64,000 bases of DNA from Raillietiella orientalis (lineage: Eukaryota). Below the pieces are notes generated by a model. The model worked only from the letters and a program-made list of their open reading frames with translations, had not been told where the DNA came from and did no database searches. The position numbers and the translations under genes are program-made. Below, one piece after another: positions 48,750 through 60,199 of the stretch (positions are counted from its first letter, which is position 1; every line of letters starts with the position of its first letter). The stretch covers positions 248,001 to 312,000 of the forward strand of contig JAYWIR010000021.1 of the NCBI GenBank assembly GCA_036172245.1, read 5' to 3'.

Positions 48750-51400
48750 AGGGATCCCCCCCTCTTCCTCTTTGCCGTTTCGCTTTGCCTTCCGGGTTGC
48801 TCTTCCGCGCGTGAGCCTTCGAATGGGAATGCCGGATCCGCTCCTAGAGGTTTTCCTCCCCTTCTTCCTCCCACGTCCTGCCCGGCGTGAAATGTGGCCT
48901 CTCGAAAGCCGTCGCGCGCGGATGGCCCGGGCTGCTGGTGGTCTCCTTCGCGCTCAGCCGAAAGCGCCAAAGGAGCCTCGCAAGAAGTCCTGGTGCTTCG
49001 CCGGCCGCTGGTGGGACGTCGCTACCGCTGTGGCCTCGACCTTCGCGGGGTCGGTTTCGGGCTCTCCGAGGCATCTGGAAGAGAACGGGACCGGACAATG
49101 AGCCTCCTGTTTCGGAAGGGACAAAAGGGAAAATGTCCTTTCCCGTGTGGATCAGAGAGGAGGAGGGAGAGGAGGGACGTGGCGGGTCTTCCTCTCAGGT
49201 GCGGCCTCCGTCGGTCCCGCAGCCAACGGATGGCTGCCCACCCAAACTACGAGAATGGGGCGGGCAAGCAGCAACACAGGACAGCGCGGGAGGAGGGACG
49301 CCGGCGAGAACAGCGGTCCTCGCCAACAGCCCCGCTCGATCTCCGTGGTGACCGGGTGACCGGACTGACAGCGTTCTGATCTGGAGGGCGTGCGACTCTC
49401 GAGACCCCGCGGCGAAGGCGCTGGGAACGGTATGCGAACGGGAGCGGGACGCTGACGCCTCCTGCTTCCCCGATCCGCCAGGAAGTTTCGGAGGCTGGGA
49501 AGGAGAGTAACCTTTCACGCTTCTGAGGGAAGGCCGCCCACTCGTTCTTCCTCCCGAGGAGGACCAACCTGCACGCTGCGTGCGCGGCCTCCTCACCATC
49601 CGCCGAGCTGCCACCTTCCGCACGTGATTCACGAGCGGGTGGCAAGGAAGCAGGGAGGGTGGCTGAGGGTCGTTCCGGAACGTGCCGGAAGCAGCGGCGA
49701 GACCGGTCCAATCGGCACTTGCGGGCTCTTCTTGGAGAGCGACCGTTCGACCCTGCCAGGGTGTCCCCCTCCCAGCCGGACGCGCGCAATGGACTTGGCT
49801 TTCCCCCTTCGGAATTCACGCAGCCGCCATCCGCGTCGTTTCCTGGGGGGGGGGGGGGGCCTCGACAGCTCCGTGATTCGGGTCGTCGCTTCCAGAGCGG
49901 CGGCGGAAGAAGGTGAACGAGTGGAGATGGCGACAGGTCAACGATCTGGCCAAACTTTCGACGAGAGCGTCCCGAGGAAGCGAGCATTCGAGGAACTGGA
50001 ACGTTTCTTTCCGTCCTTCAGGAGCGCAGCGCGGGCGAGCGACTGCCACAGGAGCGGCAGAGCTGGGAACGCACGCAGCCCGAGGGACGTTGGTCTGCAG
50101 CCCGGTTGCGGGGAAAACGCTACCCGCCTGAATTTGGACCGCCCTCTTTCATTACAAATCTCTCTCTCCTATCGAGCACCTACGGCGTTTGTGCCCACCT
50201 GAGACCGGGATCGGATCAAACCGACGGTCGGTGGAGGTGGGAGCGAACGGGGCGGGGAAAGCGGAACGACGTCGATCGCCACGGGGGAGGGGGTAGGGAA
50301 CCGCGTCCCTCCCTTTCTTCCCGCTTTTTTCCCCCCGGGAGCCCTCGCGCGCCTCGCAGCAAACGCGGACCTTGGGAGCCACCGAACCGCGCTGCGGGAG
50401 CCCTGCGCCGCGATCACGTGCCAGCGAGCCGCGCGAGAGAGACAAAACGCGGACCGACGCGCGCGAAAGTGCCTGTCGGCACCGCACGTGCTCTGCGGCA
50501 TATCGCCATGCCCTACGGGACTTGTCCTCTGGGTCTTCTTTCATGAGCCAGGAGACCCGGAAACCTCGGGTGTGAAACTCTGCTGCTGCGTCTTTGTGGT
50601 GGCTCTTTCGCTCGCGCCGGGAAGCCTCCGCCCGTCTTCGTCATCCGCCATCGCGACCTTGAAGGATCCGGCTCCGTTCGCAGCGCGGGCGGGATACCCG
50701 GCGCTTCCGCATCCCCCGCCTAGCCTTCCTGATTCTCCCGAAGGGACGGACGGGGCTACTCGACGAAGGAGGGGCAGGAGGATTCCAGCAGCAGCAGCAG
50801 AGGGAGAAGGAACATCCACCTCCCTTCCTGCCTTGGTCGTGGGGGCTTCCTACTGCGAACCTCCCCTTCATCGCTTCCGCCCCTAACCGAGGTCGCGAAG
50901 TTCGCTTCTTTCGGCCGCCCATCTCCCCCTTGGAACTCCTTTTCTCGACTCCCCTTCCCCTCTAGTGCGCCGCCTTTGTAGGGAGCGGGTCCCACGGGGC
51001 GGTCGTAACCAGCCGTCGTTTCCAAGGATGCGCCGCCGTGCGGCGGCACCGGCGGCGGGGACGGGGGCGCTCCGGCGCTCTTGGAAATGGGGTCTCCGTG
51101 CGTGTCGAGTTCGTTCCACTTCAGGACGCCTCCCAAAGGGCGGCTTCTCTCCCAGGCGGATTTTGTGGCGCCGCCGCGTCCTTAGCTGCTGGTTGAGGCT
51201 ACCCAGTCGAAGAGACAGGAACTCCCCGGTGGGGACTCCCTTGACTTTTTGCACGCACTTCTAGGGATCCTCTTCGAATTCCTCGACGTCCTAGGGCGAG
51301 CTCGCCATGCAAACGTCAAGAATACCTACTCTTCCTCCCCCCACAACGGTCTCAGCGCTCCTGTGCTGCGTTTTACGCTCGTCGTCTTACTCTCCGCAGC
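48750..51400 (-). mobile_element. Decayed N-terminal zinc-finger region of a NeSL/R2-like element
   Basis: GSLNQQLRTRRRHKI...PHFQER and KQEASASRSRSHTVP resemble decayed fingers. Support is weak. Confidence 0.25.
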
Positions 51401-52399
51401 TCCCGAGGAGCATCTCTTCCCGCTTGCAGCTCCAGCCTATCCAGCCTCGTTCGGGAAGGGTCCCCCTGTCCCCTTCCCGAAAGACGAGAGCCGTAGTCAA
51501 GACGCGGTCGTCTCGCCGAAGGCGGAGAAGGGCGGGCGACTTACCGCATTCTCCCGGAAGGGATTCCGGGACGCCAAAGGGAGAGGAACGGGAACAACTC
51601 GCGACCACGCCATCGCAGCAAGCACTTCCTGAACGGCCCCTACACCACGCGGAAGGCCCCTTCCCGAGCTCCCGTCACGGGATACCTGCTTCCCGGAGGA
51701 CGTTTCTGATTCGAGGAACGTGGCTGATCGCTCAAAACGGAAGATTATAGGCGCGAGCGCTCTCCGGTCGACGGCGCACAGGTCGCCAGTCAGGGGCCAA
51801 ATTCCTAATTAAATTAGGGATAAATCACAAGCTGCCACGTTTCCTCTCAATCAAAGTCATGGCTCTCGGCAGTGCGTGCGCTTTCGACTTTTCTTTCCCT
51901 GTAAGGGTTTTTCGCGAGCTGCGCGTGCGCGGGCAGGAGACCTCTCGAGGCTTGCAGATGTCAGCAGCGGCGGCTCCACTGGACCGATGCAACGACTCTC
52001 TCCCAAATGTCCCACAATCGCCAAACGCCTCATTTTATTTGATTCTATTTTATTCCATTTCTTTCTTTTCTTTTCTTTTTTTAGAAAAAAGGCTTCGGAG
52101 GAAACATCGGGAGACCTTTCGAACGTTCTGCAGGCGCCATTATTTGGCCCGAACTCCTCCCCCCCCAGCTGGTGCACTCTGCTGCTGGGGGGTCTGCTGC
52201 TTGCCAGGAGACGAGATCCTTCTTTCCGTCGCTCCTTCGCGCTCCCCGACCGCGTCTGCTGGACGCGCCGTCCGGATGTCGAACGGTCTCGAAGAGGACC
52301 GTCTGCGACAGTCGCGCGGGAAGAGCCGATGTCCATTCGGTTCCTCTTCGGGAGCGCTCCTCCGTTCTTGTCAGAGCACAAGACAGAAAGAATTCCGTC

Positions 52400-53700
52400 C
52401 CAGGAAGAAGAAGAGGGGGGGCCTTGCCAGAAGCGTGGAAGCGCGCTGCTCGCCCGTGTCGGGGACGTCCGAGAATCGGAGAGGTCATCTCCAATCATGA
52501 TTTCGAGTGGATGCTTAACCTACTTATTTAAGAGGTCAGCGTGGTCCCCACGAGGCTCGGAATGTTTTCGTTTTGCAGCCGTCTGCAAGTACACGACGGA
52601 ACGGCCACTCTTCCAGCGCTTGGACACGCTCCGTCCGATTCACGGGAACGCATTTCGGGACTCGGGAATCGCTGTTCGTGCGAGCGCTTTTTCCCAGCTT
52701 CATCCTCCGCGGCGCCAGTGGCGTCCGCTCATCCTCGATGGGGAGACCGAAGCCGTGCAATCTGGACTCGGGGCAGGTCGAATTTCCGTATTCCGTCGCC
52801 GCCGCCGAAGCGATCGCCGGTTTCCCAGGTGCTCGAGGAAGACTGGAACCCCATTGAGCGTTGCTAAATCGAGCGTTCCCGTGCCCGGATGTTGAGTTTG
52901 AAGCGGGAGGGAATCGCCCAGGCGCGTCACTGCGCGAAATTTCCGCAAACGGAGTCCCTGCGGACTCTGCGTTCCCTGGTGGCGAGAGGACCTACTGGAG
53001 ACGGTTCCGCCTCCAGCTGGTCCAGAGCGCCCCTTCTGTGGGCTTCCTCGCAAAAGGACTCCTCGGTGCAGCAGCTCCTGGTCGCTTCTCGGGCTGGCAG
53101 CTCGGGCTTCCCGAAGCGAGCGCTTTTCTGTCCCGCGCGAAACGCCGAGGAAAATTCCTCCAGCAGGGAAGGAAAATTCCGCCGCCTCCCTTTCCTGCTG
53201 GAGCTCGGGGGAGCTCCTTTTATCTTCCATCTATATTAATTTTTTCCTAAAGGTGAAGGGAACAATCCATTTGGGAAAGCAATTTCTGTCCATTCCCGGC
53301 CATCCCTCATGCGCGTTGCGTTTAGCGCCGGGAGCTCTGACGCGGCTAATAAATTACATCCCAGCAAAAGCCATTTGTAAACGTCCTCGTGATGCTTTTC
53401 ATCTGCGGTCCGAAAGTTTGTGGTTCTCGCGACGTGTTTGGTTTCTTGACGAATTTCTTCCTGGTCCGCCCCGACACCCGACGTCCCAGCCTCTCGGTCG
53501 GCAAGCCTGGAAAGCGTTCGACAGGAATTCCCCTTCCGGCTGCTAGACCAGGGGACCAACTACGGCAAACGAACGCATCTCCTGGATGGATTGCGTGCAT
53601 CCGGGAAACCCCCGTGGCTCGCCAACTCCCCGTGGCCAGAACGACTGCGACGGCGTTCGGGAACTCGGGTCGCCCATTCGGGAGCGGCGCCGAACCCTCC
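52400..53700 (+). mobile_element. piggyBac transposase remnant
   Basis: MISSG...RSAWS, TERPLFQRL..IHGN (MSR.RF...DN), VAAAEAIAGFPG (SIDE.M..F.G), LAKGLLGAAAPGR (L..G..A.GT.R) and HLGKQF (W.DNK.V). Confidence 0.55.
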
Positions 53701-53969
53701 GAAATCTGTGAGCGGAGCGGCGGGATGCTTTCCTCCCAACTGAGCATGGACGCACAGTTGCAGACCCCCTTTCCTTGTCTCTCCTTAGATGGAGGGGAAA
53801 AAAAACGAAAATGGGAAAGAGCAGGAAGCGCTTCGGGAGCCAATCAACAACAGATTGCTCGGGTTTTCGCGTCCTGACCACCCGCCCCCCAGTGGTCAGT
53901 CTGGCACGCGAGGTACCTCCGGTTCCAAGAGTGCGAGTTCAGAGACTTCAGTGAGCTTCTGACGGATGT

Positions 53970-55960
53970 GACCGTTCCGTTAGTGATCCGAGCCCATGAT
54001 TTAGTACCTCAGTCTGGTCAGCGGGGTGCGTTGGGCACATCTGCGCGCGTGGTGTTCTTGACCGACCGGGGCATCAGGAAAACGAGGCGGATCTGCGCAG
54101 GCGCCGCGCCCCAGACGTTGGCGAGCGCTCGACTTTCTCAAGCGAGCTCGCCGAGCCAGCGTCCAGAGAACGTCTGCGAAGAGTCCCCCCGCCGAGGTCT
54201 TCCGTACAGAGGGGTCTTGCGACGTTTTCAGCTTCTTCCTGGTGGGTGCTGGGCGCATCCCCCGGGCTGGCGTCGCCCTCTCGAGCGGCTCTCGCCTCTT
54301 TGAAAAATTGAGGGTCGGATGATGCTGAAACGGCAGCTGGCTGCTGGGTGCTGCTGCTCGGTGCCTGCACTGCCTCATGTGGAAAGTGGGCTTCCAGATC
54401 ACCATGGCATCTCCTCTCTGTCCTCGCACTTCCAGAGGGATCGCCCCCGACCAGCTGCGCTTCAGGAGCACCAGCCCTTCGAGTGGTAATTGCCTTTCAC
54501 ACTTTCATGCAAAGAGGTTTCAGGTGTTCGAGGAAACATCACGTCTGCCACGCTCCTTGGATCTTGCACGAAATCTCTCTCAAGTGTTGAAGACGGCTCC
54601 TGGAACTCTTTCGTGCAGCCCCGCCGTCTTGGCAACGTGTCTGGAGCGCTGCCTCGGAGCCAGAGGCGATCACGGACATGTTAAAACTTGGAGAGGAAAA
54701 AAGATTCCGGAAGCTCCGCCACACAGCATCACTACGTGATGAGGAATTCACGGACAAGCATCCGAAACGAAAGGGTCCTCTGTGCTGCTTCCAGTGCCCA
54801 CGACAGTGCCAGTCGGGAGGAATCCGGTGCGCCGAAGAAGTTCGAGGGAACGCCGCCGTGGGCAGCGACTTCCAAGGAGGTCCGAAGGCTGGTGGTTGGG
54901 CTTGGATTCGACGCAAGAGAGCCACCATCCGAAATGTTCCATGGGTGAGGCCAGCGCACCGCTCCATTGGGAGGCCGAGCTGCCATCCTGCCGCTCAATC
55001 ACCATGAGGAATGGGAAGGAAGAGCTTTCAGTCGCTCCTTGGTTATCCCGGTCCGTCCCTTAGAGGAGGAAGGAGGGAAGGCTCAAAGAGGCGTGGGGGT
55101 GCGTGCCTGTGAAAGGATGCGGGGATTCTTTCACCGCAGATGCGTGAAGCGACTCGTTTCCAGGTGCTCTCTCTGCAGCCCAAGTCAGCCGCTCCCTTCT
55201 TCGTTCTGGGGTCTTTCTCTTCGCTGCATCCCTGTCTTTCTCGAGCTTTGGATTTTCCCGGTCCCTGCCCGCTGTCCCCGACTTCTTGGGCCCAGCCGCA
55301 GATGCAAGCAGTTGTCCCACCACCACCACAGACACCTCTTTCCCGCGCGCTCAGGTGCGCCTCCTCCTCCAAACTCAAGTCTGCGGTCGAGCAGCTTCAG
55401 CGGTAGCATTTGGCATTCGCCCACGAAGAAGAAGCGCGTCGATTTCGTAGAGAAGAGCCACCAAGTCGTGGTGCGCAATGTTAATGCTCCGTCACTCATT
55501 AATAACGAATCGGTGAGAGATATTTCTGCCTGATGTCCAATGCTGCGCATAATGGTTGTGACCGCATCTCGGGGGATTTCCAAAGATATGCTTTGACTGA
55601 TGTGATGCCCTCAGCGCTCGGATGATTGACAAACAACGAGAATTTCGTGATGCTGTGCGGGCAGCCCAGATGGAACAACAGGATTTTTGTGCAGTAAGGG
55701 GGAATCCAATTTGCAAAGGTGTTCGAGTGCATGCGTTGAACACCGATTTGCGGGCGGTGGTTTCCGGCTGTAAGGCTGGACGTGGCCAGCGTTACGCAAC
55801 AGGTGGAAGGTTCCGTTCTTTGACGCGTCTTCGATACCAATTATGGTTGGATCCTTCAAGGTTGCCATGGAACCTGAAAGTGCCGAAAAGTGGCTTGATG
55901 GGAGCGTGTTGTTTGCGACGGAGGAAACGGACCCTCGGGACGAACTATGTATTATGACTG
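53970..55960 (+). mobile_element. R4/Dong-like non-LTR retrotransposon remnant (RT to RLE)
   Basis: QRGALG...FLTDRGI (EQ.G....LLID), GFQITMASPL (GIFQGD.LSPL), HHPKCS (HHPK), ESVRDISA.CP (E.V.HI...CP) and RYQL..SRLPWNLK..LMGA (KY.L..E.LW...IGA). Confidence 0.65.
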
Positions 55961-58719
55961 ATTAGCGCGATTAAATAACGCGACAGGAATGCGTGCGCCG
56001 AGCTTCGGATTCGATCGTGCTTTGGCTGTCAGTAATGATTTTTGCATGGGATTCATCATTGCTTTGCGCAATGTAGCGTACGCGAATTTAAAAAGTTCTG
56101 CACATGCAAGTGGTCTCCATTACAGGAGAGAGTTTGGATGCGTAATTATCGGGCGATTTCGCTAATTGCCTGCTAGCGGTTGCGGTCAAGCGCAGCTGTT
56201 GACTCTTTTTTGTTGATATTCCCTGCGCTTCGGTGGGAAGCGCAGGTCGCGCACGTCCGTGTGCCACGGGGATTCGAGCCGCTGCTCGTCAAGGTGGGAC
56301 TCTGGGGCGGGCGGCGGATGAGCGGTGGGTGATGAGGAAGGGGGCCCGCGTGATCCGTGATGAGGCGGGCGGGCGGGGGGGGGGGAGAGGTCGCTCCTCA
56401 GCACGCTGACAGTCCCCACCTTCTCCGTGTTTGCAAATCGTCGCTTTGATTGTTCGGGAGTGATGGATTTTCTTAGGAAAGGGTGATCGGCGACATTGGA
56501 AGGAGCGGGGGTGGAACCGCAGTGCGTTCCGTGTGGATGCACGGACGCGATTCTGCATTGGGATGGGGTCCAGCTGTGAACTGGTTTGGGAAGGGTGGGT
56601 CGGATAATGAAGTCGTCGGGGGCAACCCAACCACCCGCCGCCGCCCTGGTGTAGATGAGATAAGTCGGAACACGGTAGACGCACCGGAAGCTGCGTGCCT
56701 AGGCAAGGACGTGAGGCTGCCGAGGCAGAGGGTTGCCTCGGCAACGGTCCGTGTGGATTGTACGAGGATGCGTGACGGTTACTGACGAACTGGTTGCATG
56801 GCGACGGAGAAGGGTACGGAAAAAGAGGTGGCGCGGGAGGGGAGGAGCGCCGGACGTTGCTCGGATGCCAGCGAGTTGAATAGGATTCGTGCACGCGTGT
56901 GGCGGAAGGTGGTTCCGTTGTATTTGGTGGTGATTCGTTATTTGCCACTCACAGAATGAGGATGGGCTTGCTGTTGCTTGCTTGGCTCTTTGGCTGCACA
57001 TGCGGAAGGGGTGATGGACCAAGAGGTGGCTGGCCAAGAGTTGTAAGACGAAGCCAGAGGCCGTTTTAGGATTGAAATGAACGGCTGAAGGCAATGACCA
57101 AGTGATGTTCCGATTGGTGAGCGCTAGGAAATCCAGGAGGTGCAGGGATTTGGGAAAAATTCGCCCGGGATCCTTCTTAAAGAGACATCTCCAGATGAGT
57201 TCTTTCCGGTCAAACGCGCTCGGTGTGTGGACGAACGGCTGCCTTTTTGACCGTGCCGAGGCAGCAGCACGATAATTAGCTGTTTCACGGTTTTCAGCGT
57301 GGATGAAGGATTGCGTTCGGTTGAAGACGTCTTCTTTTGCAGCTTTGGATCGGATTTCGTAGAGTCGAGCAGGGGATGAGGAGGCGCTCTAGAAACAGAT
57401 GTGTTTCAGGAGAGGAGTAGGAGAGGGGTGAAACTTCAAGAAGGTGTTGTCTGATTGTGAATAATGGATCTTCGTGGCTAAGTGATGAAGTAGGAAGCGA
57501 CGGTGATCTTGACAAGGAGGAAAAAGTTACTCAAGAAGGAGCAGCGCGATTTCCTCGGAGAACTCCGCTCGATGCGGAAGTTTGCGGCCTCGATGTTGGG
57601 GTGGGCGTCCGTAAGGAGCGGAAGACTTGGGGCAGCCGCCCGCTCGAACTGCTTGGCGCGAGTCCGAAGACAGATTGGTTTCCATCCTCAAACGATGATG
57701 GACTTTTGAGTAAGAAAAGGGCGCGGAAGAGCTGAGTTCGGAGTCTTTCTTGAGGGAAAGTTGTGAAATGTGTTTGTTGATGGTGCTGCAGGTTTTTTTT
57801 TTTTTTTTTTTTTGAGGAGATGGTAGCAAGGTTGAGGGTGGCTCAGGTAGCTTCAGTCGGGCGGAAGATTCCAAATGGAATGCAACGACGGGAGAGTCCA
57901 AATCAGGTGGGGATGGGGATTTTGCAGCCTGTGGAGGATGTTTTAAAGTTGCTAAGTAGGGGGTATTATGAATCAATGAATAGCAGTGCGGTGGGTTATG
58001 AGCTGGGTTTGTATTAAGATTGGGAATGATGATAGGGATACGGGTGTTTCATCCTAGGGCGTAGGGGGTAGTGAGAGATGTGATGGAGTTGCCATGATTT
58101 GTATGTTGTTCGACAGGATGCGTGGGGTGTTGATCACTGGATGGGTGGGAGAAGAAAATTGGTGCGGTGCGTTCCGTTGCTCAGATGATTTCTTCTCAGG
58201 TGCGTGTAATTATTGCACTGTTTGGGGTGGCAGTGCATAAAGGTAGGTGCGAGCTAAGATTACAAACGGAAGGATGATTGATGGTATTTTGGATGCTGGA
58301 GAGAGCATCCATTCACGAGTTATTGTACATTTGGCAGAGGTTAATCGTTTGCCTTGGTATTCTTCGGAAGGCGACTCTGAATTGGTTTCATGACGTCGAG
58401 TGCGGACGTGGGGTGTTTGCTTCTTCCGTTTTGTGGGCGTGGGGATCCCTGGACCATCGGAGGTTTATGACGGGGTGGATCTTCATGGGGGAGGGGGGTG
58501 AAGGGCTGGACTGCTATGGATTCGATTTCGTGGTGGCGACACCTCGGTGTCGGTGCCCTCGGTTCGTGTACACGGCGTGGATTGTATTTCATTGTATTGT
58601 AGGTTTCTGCTTTGCCGTTGCGAGGCACGTGGGTGGTGATCGTGAGAATAAGTCGAGGTCAGGAAGGAATCGGTTTGTGAGCGTCGATTTCGGGCATTAA
58701 TGGGTGAATTTTTTTTTTT

Positions 58720-59000
58720 TGAAATCGAAATCCCTTCGGCACGGAAGCAGTCGGACCGCACGGGAGTACCGTTATTCTGTTACACACAGCACCAACTTTC
58801 CAGAAAATGATCCCATCCCAGAAGAAGTGGACCGACGAGGAAATAAACCACAGTGAGGCTGCCGTGCAAACTTGAGAACCGCGGGATGTGCGGCCACTTC
58901 TCGCCGAAAAGACGCTGGACATTGGAGAGTGAGCCATGGTCAACCGAATCCAGGTGCAGACGCGTTAGCGAGATCACAGAGTGAGACTCCACCGTTTATC
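58720..59000 (+). mobile_element. R2-like Myb fragment nested in the LINE
   Basis: QKKWTDEEINH...LLAEKTLDI is a Myb-like W..EE...KT..I pattern. Confidence 0.45.
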
Positions 59001-59282
59001 TGTGACAACATTCCTGTACCAAACGACAATCAGCAGTCTCAGTTGATTGCATTAATTGAAAGGATTGGCAGATCGACTCGTCTGCCACAAGGGAATGCAA
59101 CTGGTTTTCAGGATCAACTCAATTTTCATCTGGAAAAGGAAGTACCGGGATCGGTGGATCTGATTCCTCGACCATGCTTCAGGTACTTCTCTCAACAGAC
59201 TGGCTGGAGTTGAGGAAAAGATGCATCCGTTGCATGACGTGGACCAGGTATGAAATTATCATTCCTCCACGTGGGGGTGAGG

Positions 59283-59332
59283 TTTTGAGACCAACCGAAC
59301 CGGTTCCCTCACCGGTTCGGCTGGTCTTAAAA
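59283..59332. other. 22-bp-stem hairpin
   Basis: ttttgagaccaaccgaaccggt / tccctc / accggttcggctggtcttaaaa, with one mismatch and one G:T. Confidence 0.9.
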
Positions 59333-60199
59333 TTTGCGAGGCTGACGTTTCCCATAACCCGAGGAGCCGCAGAGGAGACGGTATGAAAAAAACGTCAAAA
59401 CGGGAGAAAGGAAGAAGAGTTTGTGTGAGCAGGGACGAGCTGGCAGTTTGGCAGGCTCCCAGTATCAGGTGAGAATGGAAAGGGGCGTCACCGATGGGGG
59501 AGGACGTACTTTTTGAACGAGCAACAGCGTGACGACGATGGGAGGAGAGGGAATTCGATCAGAGTGGAACGGAATGACGATGACTCCCCCGGATCGGCTA
59601 GTTGCTGAGCGCGGCCTGGCCTGGGAGAAAAGGAAGGATCGTTCGGGTTGGCTACGGGGTAGGGAAGAGAGCAGTAGGTTGGAGAGCAAACATTTATTTT
59701 TTTTTTTCTTGTTTTTTTGATACGTAGGAACAAAGCTGATGTGACGAGGAGGTTGGTGAATGCCAGGAGGCTTGTTGGGCCATTCATAGTGAAGAAGGGT
59801 CGGGAAATCACGCACCCTTTGCTTTCCAGCGGTTGGGTGGAGGAAAATGGAAGTGCAGCGTGCTGATTGCAGTTTTGAGAGCTGGCAGGATGAAGTGGAG
59901 GGAGGAGAATCGGTTGGGCGTAGGGTAGGACGGAACGAAGAGATTCCTCCATGGAAATGGGATGATTTTATGGACCGTAGGTGGGAGGTAGCCTCGCCAG
60001 CGTCACGATTTCGGAGATTTCGTGCGGGAGAAGAATTCCTCCTGTTCCCGACGTGGAACTTTCAGGATTTCTTCCCTTTCCTCTTCCGCCTTGAGCCTGG
60101 CAGTGTAGGGATTTCGTGAATTTTCCGTCGTCCGTGAAAGTCGGGGAGCCGCGAGACCGAGGGGGTGACCGTGCAAAGACTTTTCGTTCCCCCGAACGC

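Larger units (their letters stand above)
56200..60000 (-). mobile_element. APE-type LINE (I/Jockey-like) ORF2 remnant, interrupted at about 58720-59450
   Basis: Minus strand: HGGISSF and SIFLHP (APE), SHDHHP (SDH.P), FHLESSARLKLPEP (FP..WK.A...PKP), HFNPKT (NP.KT), KYNGTTF (KYLG..F) and RRVVGLPPTT. It ends in a stem-loop and a short A run. Confidence 0.6.

Noticed and set aside
50121..50135. Similarity to the 28S rRNA 5' motif TACCCGCTGAATTT
   Set aside because: The match is about 14 nt with an indel and there is no surrounding rRNA sequence. No R2 28S target site was seen in the window.
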